Assembly: GCA_030610885.1 (NCBI GenBank)
Contig: JAUWQW010000002.1
Span: 7,375 to 71,374, forward strand
Reading direction: 5' to 3'
Source: Candidatus Aminicenantes bacterium
Lineage (GTDB): Bacteria; Acidobacteriota; Aminicenantia; UBA2199
Length of the DNA stretch: 64,000 nt
The notes below the pieces were generated by a model, which had not been told where the DNA came from, did not search any database, and saw nothing but the letters and a program-made list of their open reading frames with translations. Made by a program: the position numbers and the translations under genes. The number at the start of each line of letters is the position of its first letter. Position 1 is the stretch's first letter. Below, piece by piece: positions 37,970 through 47,907 of the stretch.

Positions 37970-40900
37970 ATGGGGTTTAAACAAATTTTTAAAGATGGTT
38001 TTGGGGAGTTCAAGAGGCGTTCCAAAATAAAAAGATTAAAAAGAAAACTGACAATCAGAGAGAAAATATTTTCAGATGAATTAACTCTCCTGGGGCAGAA
38101 AGCCTGGGAATTAAAATTGGATTTAAGTGAATATAGTTGTATTACTGAACATATTATTTCTTCTCAAAATGATCTTGACAGTATTACTAAAAGACAGCAG
38201 GAACTAGAGAATCAGAGGGTACGGATTGAACAGAAAAGAGGATCAGAAAATGATAATTTTAATTCTCAGCTAAATGCAATTGAGGCTCGAAAAAAGGAGA
38301 TTGATTTAAAATTAGTTGAATTGAATAAGGAGTCCAGAGAGATACAGAAAGAAATTGATAGGATTCAAGATCGCCTCAACCAGATAAAACGAGAGAAGGA
38401 AAAACTTGAATTAAAGATTTCGGATAACCAGACGACAGATGAAGAAAAAGTTCCTATTGAGAAAAAAATACAGTCTATAGAAGAAGAGAGGAATAATCTT
38501 GAATTAAAACCAGAAAAATCATCTAAAAAAAAAGATGAACTTCTGGAAAGTATGATGCCCTTTGAGGATCAGTCAAGCAAATTCCAGGCAAAAATTGATG
38601 AAATAAGAAAAGAGCAAAAAACTATATCAGAAAAATATGACCAGGAACTGAAAAAAACACAAAGAGAGATTTCTGATTGTCAGAAGGAGCAAAAAAAGGC
38701 AAATAGAGAAAAAATTGGTTATTTTCATAAACTTGGAAAGGCCCTTTTCTCTTCAAATTTTGTGAATAAATCGGTTAATACAGAATTGAGTACTGTAAGG
38801 AATGCAAGCAGTGAAATAAAGAATCAGGAAATGGATATTAAATCCCTTGAAGAGAGTGGAACTCCGGAATCAAAGAGGGCATTGTGGAAGTTGACGGGCC
38901 TTGTGGTTTTATTATTTGTTTTAGTCGCTGGGATTGTTTTTGTGGTAAGGATGATATCCCCTCAGGAGAATGGTAAAGAGAGAGATAGAATCAAGGAAAG
39001 GCAGGTGGCTTCTTTAGCGGAGAGAGGTATTAAATCAACATTGAACAAAAGGGAATTTGCAAAGGATTCTCAGGAGCAAGTGATAAACAAAAATGTACAG
39101 ATCGATTGGAGTGATCTGGAAATATCAGAGCATACGCTGGAAGGATTAAACCAGATATCTTTTAAACTTGAGAATTTATTTCAGGAATTTGAAAATTCTG
39201 TTTCCAATTCAAAAAAAGAAATTTCAAGTGCTCAAAGAATTATGAGTGATATTGGGAAAGATAGTCCAGAAAAACTGTTTGGATGGGTTCGGGATAATAC
39301 ATTTTTTATTCCATATCAGGGATCTCTGAGAGGCTCTGAAGGGGTGTTAATAGATAGATTGGGCAATAGCTTGGACAGAGCGATTTTACTGCACAAATTA
39401 TTAAAACTGGCTGGATATAACACCCGCCTGGCCAATGGGAGATTGACATCTGAGCAATCAAAAGAAATAATAGAAAAAATAATACCACCTCCGGATATAG
39501 ATTCCTTTATAGATGGCATTCCCATCTTAGAATCGACCAGGGAGCTCATAAAAAGGTGTTCTCATGAATACGGTATTCCCCAAGATGAGTTATTTAAAAC
39601 AATAAAAGAGAAAAAAATAGAAAAACAGCAAACAGTTGCAAAGATATCTGAAAGGGTGAATAAACTGACACCTCAACTGCTGGATCTTGTTAGAAATTTT
39701 CAGGACACAGATGTCAAAAAGATGAGACGAACCATGCTTGAATCTATCCAGGATCACTGGTGGGTGCAGTTTCAAAAGGACTCCAACTGGGTTGATTTGG
39801 ATCCAACCTCACCAGATTCTTTACCAGATGAACGTTTAACTCAAAGTGAAAGATATATTCAGCCAGAAGAACTAAACGATTCTCTCCTCCACAGGATTAC
39901 AATAAGGGTAATCATTGAACAATGGAAGGATAAACAGTTAAAGGAGTTTGTGGTGCTGAGCCAAGAGTTGCAGCCCTCAAAATGGATTGGTAAACGGATT
40001 GCGCTGGGACATCATCCTGCAGAGTGGCCAAAGTCTATAAATCTCTTTAAAGAGAAAAAGCCTTTAAGTGCCTTGAGAAAAAAAATACTGGATCAGAAAA
40101 TATGGACCCCAGTATTGGTTATGGGATCAAAAAATGTAACGAGTTTGAGTTTCTCAGATACAGGAGAAGTAAGAAAAAAGGCTTTAAAGCGTAAAAAAGA
40201 TGTAAGGAGTATTTTAAAGACATTCTCACTATCTGGCAGAGCCATGCCTGGGGAGGATTTGAAAAAAGATCATAAAGGAAAATCCCAATTAACGGCAGAG
40301 TGGATCGAATACGAGATTTTCTCGCCGGGAAAGCCAACCAGGAAAATACGGAGAGAGGTGTTTGATTTAATAGGACCCGGTTCCCGTTTCAAAAAGGAGA
40401 TATCTATCCCAGTAATCTCTTTAAAATTGCAGATGGAAAGAAATCTGGCTCTCATGGGCCAAACTGAGATTCTGCCATTGTGCTGTCAGTTGTCAAAAAC
40501 CTTTGTTGGGAATTTGATAAATGGAATCTTTCTATCCACCAAGAAAAACTTGCTTTCTATCTTAAAGGAGAAAAATTTAAAAAATATCGATTTTGTAATA
40601 GATAAAATGAATCAGTTACAGATGAAACAGATTCAACTTTATAGGCTGGCTCTTGAAAGATACAGTAAGGATAACATAATTGTTACTCCGAATATTTTAA
40701 GTTTTCATTCTTTCCTCAAAGAAAGCCATGATGAATTTTTTAACTTATACAATGCACTTGATATTGTGTCCAATGAGGTCTATCCTATCCTGAATAATAA
40801 ACCTGAAAATTTTTTTCAGGTTCGATTGAGACAAGGAATACGTGATTCTATCACCGAATTAGTAGTTATGTCTCGTTATGGGGGTAAGGAGAATTTAGCT

Positions 40901-41443
40901 GAGTTGTGCAGAGAAATGGAAAGGAATGGCGTTATATGGCTGGCAGCAGATTCTTCTAAAAATATATCTTTACTTGAATCAAACCTTCCTGAAGATATTG
41001 TTGCCCGTATGAAAAAACAATTAAATCAAGGATTTGTTGTTGTTGCCCCAGAAAAGGTTGTTTTTATAAATAGTAAACCGGTTGTTATATGGTGGCGGAT
41101 AGATCCCAGAACTGGAGATACACTGATTATAGGAGAAAAGGGATGGGGCCAGGCTATGGTCGAATATGTCGAAGAGGTAAACATTGTTATTCAGATGAAG
41201 GATATTGTTGGGTTTTATTCCAATCTCATGAAATGTGTTTATATGTCATCCGCTTCCTTTATGACAGGCGGTAAGGCAAATCGAAATCTCTTTTACAGGT
41301 GCGTTTTAGAGTTGATTTGCAGTAAGGTAAACAGCGCTGTCGAGTCATTTTTGGATATTGAAGCCGACTGGACCAATTTTATTCTTAAGCAGACAATCGG
41401 GTATATCTGGGGAGAATTTTGCAAAGCACTTTTTGGGAATTAG
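37970..41443 (+). CDS. large single-pass membrane protein: N-terminal coiled coil, TM helix, transglutaminase-like (papain-fold) domain with Cys replaced by Ser
   Basis: 1157 aa. TM LVVLLFVLVAGIVFVV. TGase-like motifs GNSLDRAILLHKLLKLAGYNTRLANG (G-x-S in place of G-x-C), HWWVQF...NWVDLDPT (His and Asp motifs). N-terminus paralogous to the next gene. Confidence 0.6.
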   Translation: MGFKQIFKDGFGEFKRRSKIKRLKRKLTIREKIFSDELTLLGQKAWELKLDLSEYSCITEHIISSQNDLDSITKRQQELENQRVRIEQKRGSENDNFNSQLNAIEARKKEIDLKLVELNKESREIQKEIDRIQDRLNQIKREKEKLELKISDNQTTDEEKVPIEKKIQSIEEERNNLELKPEKSSKKKDELLESMMPFEDQSSKFQAKIDEIRKEQKTISEKYDQELKKTQREISDCQKEQKKANREKIGYFHKLGKALFSSNFVNKSVNTELSTVRNASSEIKNQEMDIKSLEESGTPESKRALWKLTGLVVLLFVLVAGIVFVVRMISPQENGKERDRIKERQVASLAERGIKSTLNKREFAKDSQEQVINKNVQIDWSDLEISEHTLEGLNQISFKLENLFQEFENSVSNSKKEISSAQRIMSDIGKDSPEKLFGWVRDNTFFIPYQGSLRGSEGVLIDRLGNSLDRAILLHKLLKLAGYNTRLANGRLTSEQSKEIIEKIIPPPDIDSFIDGIPILESTRELIKRCSHEYGIPQDELFKTIKEKKIEKQQTVAKISERVNKLTPQLLDLVRNFQDTDVKKMRRTMLESIQDHWWVQFQKDSNWVDLDPTSPDSLPDERLTQSERYIQPEELNDSLLHRITIRVIIEQWKDKQLKEFVVLSQELQPSKWIGKRIALGHHPAEWPKSINLFKEKKPLSALRKKILDQKIWTPVLVMGSKNVTSLSFSDTGEVRKKALKRKKDVRSILKTFSLSGRAMPGEDLKKDHKGKSQLTAEWIEYEIFSPGKPTRKIRREVFDLIGPGSRFKKEISIPVISLKLQMERNLALMGQTEILPLCCQLSKTFVGNLINGIFLSTKKNLLSILKEKNLKNIDFVIDKMNQLQMKQIQLYRLALERYSKDNIIVTPNILSFHSFLKESHDEFFNLYNALDIVSNEVYPILNNKPENFFQVRLRQGIRDSITELVVMSRYGGKENLAELCREMERNGVIWLAADSSKNISLLESNLPEDIVARMKKQLNQGFVVVAPEKVVFINSKPVVIWWRIDPRTGDTLIIGEKGWGQAMVEYVEEVNIVIQMKDIVGFYSNLMKCVYMSSASFMTGGKANRNLFYRCVLELICSKVNSAVESFLDIEADWTNFILKQTIGYIWGEFCKALFGN

Positions 41444-41485
41444 AATAAAAAAGTAAACTATTGAATTATATTGTTAGGAGGTAAA

Positions 41486-44400
41486 ATGGGAATAAAAAAG
41501 ATTTTTAAAGATGGTGTAAATGAAATCAAAAGAAAAGCAGAATTTCATAGAGCAAGAAGGAATCTTAAGGAAAAAGAGAATATTAAAAAAGAAAAATTAA
41601 TACTTCTGGGTAAAAAGGCCTGGGAGTCAAAATTGGATTTAAAAAACTTTCCAGACCTTTATGAATTACTATCCAAGACTCAGAAAAACCAAGATGAGCT
41701 GGATGAAAAAGTGACTGGAATGAATCAACGAATGCAAGAGTATGAGAATAATAAAAAAGTTAAGAATTCAGATTTTGATAACCAAAGAAAAAGAATTGAA
41801 GAAAAGAAATCAAAGGTGGATTCAAAATTGAATGATGAGCAAAGTACTCTAAAAAATACCCAACTGGAAAAAGAAAAAGTTCAGAAAAGACAGAAACAAA
41901 TTGAAAAAGAAGAAGAAGAAGAACAATTAAGTACAAAGATGTCTGATGCTCAAGCGACCTTAGAGGAAAAAACCGAATTTGAAAAAAAGCAAACACAATT
42001 AATAAAGGAAAAGAAACAACTTTCTGAAAAAATTGAAAAATCTTCTGAAACAATAAAATTATTGGATGAAAAAATTAAACCACTGAAAGAACAATCAACC
42101 CAGTTTGAGAATGAAATCAATATTATCCGAGAAAATCAGAAAGAGGAAATTGGAGAGTTTGATACACTAATATCCGAAGAACAAAAAAAACTTGATGAAT
42201 GCAGGAAAAAACAGGAAGAAGTAAGCAAGCAGCAAAAACAGAATTTTTATCAATTGGGAATACAGCTTTCATCTGCCAGTACTGCAGATAAAATGGTTGC
42301 ATCTGAATTTTCAGAAATAAAGAACATAGAAAAAGAAATTGAATCTATTAAACAGGAAATTCAATCTCTGGAGAACCGGGCTTCTGAATCAAAAGGGGCA
42401 ATCTGGAAAATGGTTGGTCTGGCAGCAGCATTCCTGATTATGATTTTTGGAATTGTTTATACTGTTGGCGTTCTGTCAAAACAAAAAGTAACCAAACAAG
42501 ATACTGTTAAAGAGGACAGAATAACAGTTTCAGAGATAGATAAAAGTGAAAAAAAGGAGATTCCTGTTTCTGATAAAGGTTTAGAAGAAAGTGAAAAAAT
42601 TATGGAACCAAAGGAAGTAAACATACCTGTTGCTATCGGGGGGGCAGAGAATATGCTCTCCTCCCGCTCAAAATGGGAAGTGTGGGATAACATTAAGGAA
42701 AAGAAACATGAGGGGAAGTGGGAAATGAGATTAACTGAGATTTCAGGTGTATCCATAGGTGGAGAAAAAATTGCAACCATGCTTTTGGCCGGCGAAAAGG
42801 ATTGGAATAACTATCGGATAAATACCACAGCTCTAAGAATCGGAGTGGGTGGAGAGAAAGGATTTCTGGCTGGTCTCATCTTTGGTTATCTGGATTCCAA
42901 ACATTTTTATTTTTTAGGGTACAATTCCTCTGAGAATTGCTTTCAGATGAGTTGCAAGACCCCCGAAGGTTATCAGGTTCTGGAAACCTTCGAAGTAGAA
43001 TTCCCGCCAAATAAAGAGATCTCCCTTCAGCTTGACTTTGCAGACTCCCGGGTAATTTTTATGGCTAATGATGAAGTTATTATTGATAGGTATGATAGCC
43101 GTTTTTCAAAAGGAAAATTCGGACTTGGTGCTTCCAATATGAAAACAGATAAAATACTTTTTGATAAGCTAAGCGTTCAATCAATCAAACCAGAGGATTT
43201 GCCTGCAAAATCCTTTTTAGATTTACTATCTTCCAAGAGGGGAGCAAAGCTCATTTCACCGTCAAACGGAATTTTTAATACTCTTATTGACCATGAAACA
43301 AACTTAAAAAACAAAAAAATGAATCCCAAAGGCAGCTTTGTTATTAATCTAAAAAAAGATAAACTCCCTTCAGAGGCAGTTTATACATTTTTCAACAATA
43401 TGGAAGCAGAAGTGCACAAAGTAGGTGTCCAGCTGGGCAATTTTTTTTTCCCAAAAAATATTGAGTTCCTTATTTCAGAAAAGAGCGCAAAAAAGGGATT
43501 TAAATCCCTTGGCGTATTTAAAATAAAACCTGAAAAAAACGGCTACCAAGAATTTGCAATAGATCCGACAACTGGAAGATTCTTCAAGATTCGAATTCTA
43601 TCTGCAGGCCCATCTGGCATGGATTCTCAGATGGAAAAGAAATTTATAGAGAAAATGGGGAGGCAAATTCTGATTGCTGAAATCTTTGTTTATGGATATC
43701 AGAAAGTCAAACATAAACCATCTGTGGATACTTTAAATGTTGAAAATAAAAAGGACAGAAACAAAGATATCCATTTTATAGAAGATTTTTTATCAGGAAA
43801 CCTAAACAAATGGGAAGTATGGGTGGATCCAAAGGCAGATTCACCTAAAAGTGAATGGGGAGTGAATGTTTTAAGATTTTCTCCTGTATCATCCATGCTA
43901 ATCAATGGAGAAAAGGAATGGAAAAACTATTCCTTTAAGACAAATATATTCCCTCTTTCTCCAAGAAAGGGAAGAGATGTACATGATTATGGGATTGTAT
44001 TTGGCTACTTGGATCCAGAGCATTTTTATATTGTTTCCTACAATAAAAGATTGAAAAGGTTTGAGCTTAAAGCCAATTCACCCCAGGGATTTGAACTTCT
44101 TTCATTTGCAGAGATTAAGGGCCCAAAAGGAAAATTGGTGCCACTCCAGGTTGATTTTTTCTCAGGTCGAATAGCTTTTAAAGCCGATAATCAGACTATT
44201 TTTGACATTGATGAGAGTCGATATACATCGGGTAAAGCAGGTATCTTTACCTCTGGATCTACTCCCTATAAGCAGGGAAGAGGCGCTGTATTATTCAAGG
44301 ATTTTAAAATGATCCCTCTGAATTCAGAAACATATCCACAGAGGGATTTTCAGGATCTTTTATCTTTTAGAAGGGGAGCCAGTGTTATTTATAGGTCTGC

Positions 44401-46600
44401 TCCTCCTGCAGGGCACGAGATGCAGAGGTTGATCAATCATTCATTAACAGAAGGAGACTATAAAGAAAGTGCATATATCCTGAGATTATCAGAAACCAAA
44501 CTTCCCGAAGAAGCAGTATTCTGCTTTCCTCAAGGAAGATTTGCTGAAATTCATAAGATAGGATTTAAACTTGCGGGTGATTATTTTCCAAAAGAGATTA
44601 AATTTTTTACTTCCAACGAAACTCCCAAAACGGGGTTTAAACCCCTCACAACCATAACTCTTGAACCAAAAGCAAACAGCTACCAAGAATTCGAAACCCC
44701 TCAAAAAATTGCCAAGTACTTAAAAATTCAGATCACTGAAGGATACAATGCCAAGAAGATTTTTGTCCCGGAGATTTATGTAAAGGGTCATTTCAAAGAG
44801 CTTTCTCGTTTAAGGGAGACCAAAGAAATGTATAAGAAAACAGGGATTCGAGAAATTGAACCCAATAATTCCATAAAAGAAGCCCAAAAACTTCCCCTGA
44901 ATATTTATCTGACTGGAGATGTTTCTCAGAAGGATGATGATTATTATTTTGTCTCTCTGTCAAATAAAAATGAAAAAGATGTGGTTTTGGTAGTTACCAT
45001 CAAAAGAATAGGGATGATTAAACCAGGATTTACTCTGGAAACAGGTAAAGGAACCGCTATTTCTCCATCAAATATCCAGAGTGAAGGTGATACAATTACA
45101 TATTTTTATGATGTAAAACCAGATGATTATTTTCTGAAACTGGTTCAGCCTGAGACTTACCTGACCATAGTTTATGATGATAGTGGAAGTATGAAAGAGA
45201 GCGTTCCAGTTGTTAAACGGGTTTTGAAAGGTTATCTGGATAGTCTAAAAGAGGGGATATTCCTCAAATTGATAAAATACACAAATAAGGTTTTTAATCT
45301 ATCTGATTTTACCAGTGAGCCGGCGCTCTTAAAAAAGGCTGTTGAAAGTGAAGTTCTAGGCAGAGGTAATACAGATACTTTCAAAGGTTTGATGGCTGCC
45401 ATTGAAAGCATCAAGATAAAAGACGGAAATCGTGCAATTATCGCAATTCTGGATGAGCTGGTTTGTCAAACCCGTGAATGCAAGCAACAGTATATCGAGC
45501 TATGGGATGCTATTCTGGATACAGGGATAGTCTTTTCCACAATTGGTGTTCAGTCTGGATGGCACGGAAAAACACGATATTTTGGAAACACCAACTATCA
45601 AATATTCAGTGAGTTTGCCTATGCAACAGGAGGAGAGTTTTATCATTCTCCATCGGATGAGTTAATTAAAAAGAGTGTAGACAGAATTTTTAAACAGATG
45701 ACATCCCCTGTCCAGTATCTGGTAAAAGCAGCAATTGAGGAGAAAAAGGAGGAGGTTAAGAAAGAACCGAAAGTGAAAAAACCAGGGTCTATTCAGGTGC
45801 TATTTGAAAAAGGGGCAGAGAAAGAGATAGAGAAAAATATTGAATTGATTCTGGATGCGTCTAATTCAATGTGGGGACAGATTCAGGGTCGTAGTAAAAT
45901 CGAAATTGCGCGCGAGGTTCTGATAAAGCTGGTGCGCGGACTGCCCGATAAAATAAATGTTGGTTTGAGGGTCTATGGACACAGATATAAACTGAAAGAC
46001 AGACGGGCCTGTAAGGACTCAGAACTTATTGTTCAGATTGGAAAACTGAATAAAGATAAAATGATCCAGATAGTTAATCGAATAATCCCGAGAGGAAAAA
46101 CTCCATTGGTTCATTCAATCCTTCAAACACCCGGTGATTTTGAAAACATTGGCAAAGGGACAGTAATTCTAATTAGTGATGGAATTGAGAGCTGCAATGG
46201 GGATATCAATTCTGTGGCATCGATTCTTAAAAAATCAGGACTCGATTTAAAGGTTCATATTGTTGGTTTTGATATCAAGGGGCGGCAGGCTCGGAAGCAG
46301 TTGGAGATGATAGCTGAATCCACTGGCGGACGATACCTTGATGCAAAAAATTCAAAGGAACTGCTTTCATCACTGGAAAAAACTCTCCAGTTTGAATATC
46401 GTCTACTGAATGATAAAGGAAAGATTGTGGTAAAAGGTTATGTTGGGGAAAAGGAGATTGAGGTAATGGAAGGAAGTTATACACTTCGCCTGATGGTTGA
46501 TCCAGTCTTTTTGGAGAAGACCGTCGTTATTAGCCCTGAATCAAAACAGAGTTTTATTTTAAAAAGAGAGAATAATAAATGGATTGTCAATAAAGAGTAA
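41486..46600 (+). CDS. large single-pass membrane protein: N-terminal coiled coil, TM helix, two tandem LamG/DUF1080-like beta-sandwich modules, two vWA domains (start refined to ATG 41486 after AGGAGGT RBS)
   Basis: N-terminus MGIKKIFKDGVNEIKR paralogous to MGFKQIFKDGFGEFKR of the upstream gene. TM MVGLAAAFLIMIFGIVYTVGV. Internal repeats WEVWDN...GYLDSKHFYFLGYN / WEVWVD...GYLDPEHFYIVSYN. MIDAS motifs VYDDSGSM and LDASNSM. Confidence 0.65.
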   Translation: MGIKKIFKDGVNEIKRKAEFHRARRNLKEKENIKKEKLILLGKKAWESKLDLKNFPDLYELLSKTQKNQDELDEKVTGMNQRMQEYENNKKVKNSDFDNQRKRIEEKKSKVDSKLNDEQSTLKNTQLEKEKVQKRQKQIEKEEEEEQLSTKMSDAQATLEEKTEFEKKQTQLIKEKKQLSEKIEKSSETIKLLDEKIKPLKEQSTQFENEINIIRENQKEEIGEFDTLISEEQKKLDECRKKQEEVSKQQKQNFYQLGIQLSSASTADKMVASEFSEIKNIEKEIESIKQEIQSLENRASESKGAIWKMVGLAAAFLIMIFGIVYTVGVLSKQKVTKQDTVKEDRITVSEIDKSEKKEIPVSDKGLEESEKIMEPKEVNIPVAIGGAENMLSSRSKWEVWDNIKEKKHEGKWEMRLTEISGVSIGGEKIATMLLAGEKDWNNYRINTTALRIGVGGEKGFLAGLIFGYLDSKHFYFLGYNSSENCFQMSCKTPEGYQVLETFEVEFPPNKEISLQLDFADSRVIFMANDEVIIDRYDSRFSKGKFGLGASNMKTDKILFDKLSVQSIKPEDLPAKSFLDLLSSKRGAKLISPSNGIFNTLIDHETNLKNKKMNPKGSFVINLKKDKLPSEAVYTFFNNMEAEVHKVGVQLGNFFFPKNIEFLISEKSAKKGFKSLGVFKIKPEKNGYQEFAIDPTTGRFFKIRILSAGPSGMDSQMEKKFIEKMGRQILIAEIFVYGYQKVKHKPSVDTLNVENKKDRNKDIHFIEDFLSGNLNKWEVWVDPKADSPKSEWGVNVLRFSPVSSMLINGEKEWKNYSFKTNIFPLSPRKGRDVHDYGIVFGYLDPEHFYIVSYNKRLKRFELKANSPQGFELLSFAEIKGPKGKLVPLQVDFFSGRIAFKADNQTIFDIDESRYTSGKAGIFTSGSTPYKQGRGAVLFKDFKMIPLNSETYPQRDFQDLLSFRRGASVIYRSAPPAGHEMQRLINHSLTEGDYKESAYILRLSETKLPEEAVFCFPQGRFAEIHKIGFKLAGDYFPKEIKFFTSNETPKTGFKPLTTITLEPKANSYQEFETPQKIAKYLKIQITEGYNAKKIFVPEIYVKGHFKELSRLRETKEMYKKTGIREIEPNNSIKEAQKLPLNIYLTGDVSQKDDDYYFVSLSNKNEKDVVLVVTIKRIGMIKPGFTLETGKGTAISPSNIQSEGDTITYFYDVKPDDYFLKLVQPETYLTIVYDDSGSMKESVPVVKRVLKGYLDSLKEGIFLKLIKYTNKVFNLSDFTSEPALLKKAVESEVLGRGNTDTFKGLMAAIESIKIKDGNRAIIAILDELVCQTRECKQQYIELWDAILDTGIVFSTIGVQSGWHGKTRYFGNTNYQIFSEFAYATGGEFYHSPSDELIKKSVDRIFKQMTSPVQYLVKAAIEEKKEEVKKEPKVKKPGSIQVLFEKGAEKEIEKNIELILDASNSMWGQIQGRSKIEIAREVLIKLVRGLPDKINVGLRVYGHRYKLKDRRACKDSELIVQIGKLNKDKMIQIVNRIIPRGKTPLVHSILQTPGDFENIGKGTVILISDGIESCNGDINSVASILKKSGLDLKVHIVGFDIKGRQARKQLEMIAESTGGRYLDAKNSKELLSSLEKTLQFEYRLLNDKGKIVVKGYVGEKEIEVMEGSYTLRLMVDPVFLEKTVVISPESKQSFILKRENNKWIVNKE

Positions 46601-46636
46601 ATGGGTGGATGTGGAAGAAACTTTCAGCAAAATAGT

Positions 46637-46690
46637 TTTGAGTTGATGGGTAGATGTGTAAATGGGTAGATGGGTGGATGACAAGTGAAA
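46637..46690. repeat. direct repeat copy 1 of a GGGTAGATG-rich ~45-bp element (AGTTGATGGGTAGATG...GGTAGATGGGTGGATGA); partner at 47908-47960
   Basis: Direct alignment. The copies flank the HEAT-lipoprotein cassette. An 11-bp inverted repeat ATGTGGAAGAA (46608-46618 / 46754-46764) brackets the low-complexity tract. Confidence 0.6.
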
Positions 46691-46947
46691 AGGCAAAAGT
46701 AAAAAGTAGGGTCTGGGATTTGGGGGTTGGGATTTGGTGAAAAAGCTGAATGCTTCTTCCACATGAACTTGCACTTGAACATGAACTTAGACTTAAACTT
46801 AAACTGATAAAGGAAATACCATTTAACCAATCAACAATTAGTTCATTCAACTATTTAAACAAGTGTTTAGTTTTGAGTTAAAAAAAACGATACTAAAAAC
46901 TATCTATTCATAAAGATTTGTACAAAATTTTTAATGATCCAATTCGG

Positions 46948-47046
46948 TCTATTGACAATTAACAATAATTTCACTAATATTTCATTGAGATGAAAAAAGG
47001 AATTTCCTATGTTGTTATTTTTAAACAAAATATAACATTCAAATGA
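46948..47046 (+). promoter_or_regulatory. conserved promoter-leader module copy D: TTGACA(46952-46957)-N17-TAATAT(46975-46980); uORF MKKGISYVVIFKQNITFK (46990-47046) ending 8 nt before the main ATG
   Basis: ~90% identity to copy C (32409-32478) including the uORF start MKKG(F/I)SY. Confidence 0.55.
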
Positions 47047-47054
47047 GATTATAA

Positions 47055-47816
47055 ATGAAAAAACGACTGATTCTTTTTTGCGTATTTCTTTTTTTTATTT
47101 CTGCGTGTGGAGTCGATGAAGATGAAATTAACGAACTCGCCGAAGAATGTGCTGCAGGTGATCATGATGCCTGTTCAGAACTAGCCGACATTGCAAGGAG
47201 CGATAAAGATTGTAAAGTACGCTGCGTTGCAGGCGAGAAATTGACTGATCAAAAGATTATAGCCGGCATTGCAATGAGCGATAAAGATTGGGGAGTAAGC
47301 TTCGTTGCAGTCGAGAAATTGACCGACGAGGCTGCGTTAGCAAGTATCGCTCTTGAGGGTAATTTTCATAACAGTGCTGCCCTTAAAAAGCTGGCGGATC
47401 CAGCCGCACTTGCTAAAGTTGCTGTGGATGATAAAAACTGGAGAGTCCGCCTGATTCGTAAGTTTATAGCCGCGTTTGATTCCGTGCCAACTGAGCACAG
47501 AGAACGTCTCATGTTGGCCGTTTTTCCGGCTATTCGTACATTAAGCTATCCAGCAGTTTCTTCTAAAGTCGGAGATATAGTTTCAATCAAAACAAACTGG
47601 GATGGCACGAGCCAATATTACACCGGGGTTTTTATAGGACATAAGCCCGGCGAAATGTTCACATTTTCGATTAAAGTTCGAAAACTGACTGAACCTCTGT
47701 CGCATACATGGGGCACAAACTTTCCATTCAAAACCTCAAGTTTGTCATTTTTGCCTGCTGACATTAATGCCTCTGATCTCTATCAAAAAGCATTCGATAA
47801 GCTGACCGACAAATAG
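47055..47816 (+). CDS. HEAT-repeat (PBS-lyase-like) lipoprotein, visibly GC-richer than flanks
   Basis: Lipobox FFISAC|G. Repeated D(K/D)DxxVRxxAxEKLTD / DKNWRVR units typical of HEAT-like repeats. Confidence 0.55.
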   Translation: MKKRLILFCVFLFFISACGVDEDEINELAEECAAGDHDACSELADIARSDKDCKVRCVAGEKLTDQKIIAGIAMSDKDWGVSFVAVEKLTDEAALASIALEGNFHNSAALKKLADPAALAKVAVDDKNWRVRLIRKFIAAFDSVPTEHRERLMLAVFPAIRTLSYPAVSSKVGDIVSIKTNWDGTSQYYTGVFIGHKPGEMFTFSIKVRKLTEPLSHTWGTNFPFKTSSLSFLPADINASDLYQKAFDKLTDK

Positions 47817-47907
47817 ATTCTCACCGACATCACAAGGAACGATAAATGTGAAAAGGGGTCAGGTCTCAACATTAGACATTCAATGTAAAAGGCAATATTA
47901 GTTCTAA

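Noticed and set aside
41471-41485. ORF-track start MLGGK at 41471 for the ~1700-aa protein
   Set aside because: AGGAGGT at 41476-41482 sits inside that extension and correctly spaces the ATG at 41486. The resulting N-terminus MGIKKIFKDG parallels MGFKQIFKDG of the paralogue.
46559-46850. Three overlapping minus-strand ORFs (68-87 aa) in the region after the large vWA protein
   Set aside because: They fall in the GGGTAGATG / GAACTTNNACTT low-complexity repeat tract; translations are repeat-driven (MGRWVDG-like), no RBS.
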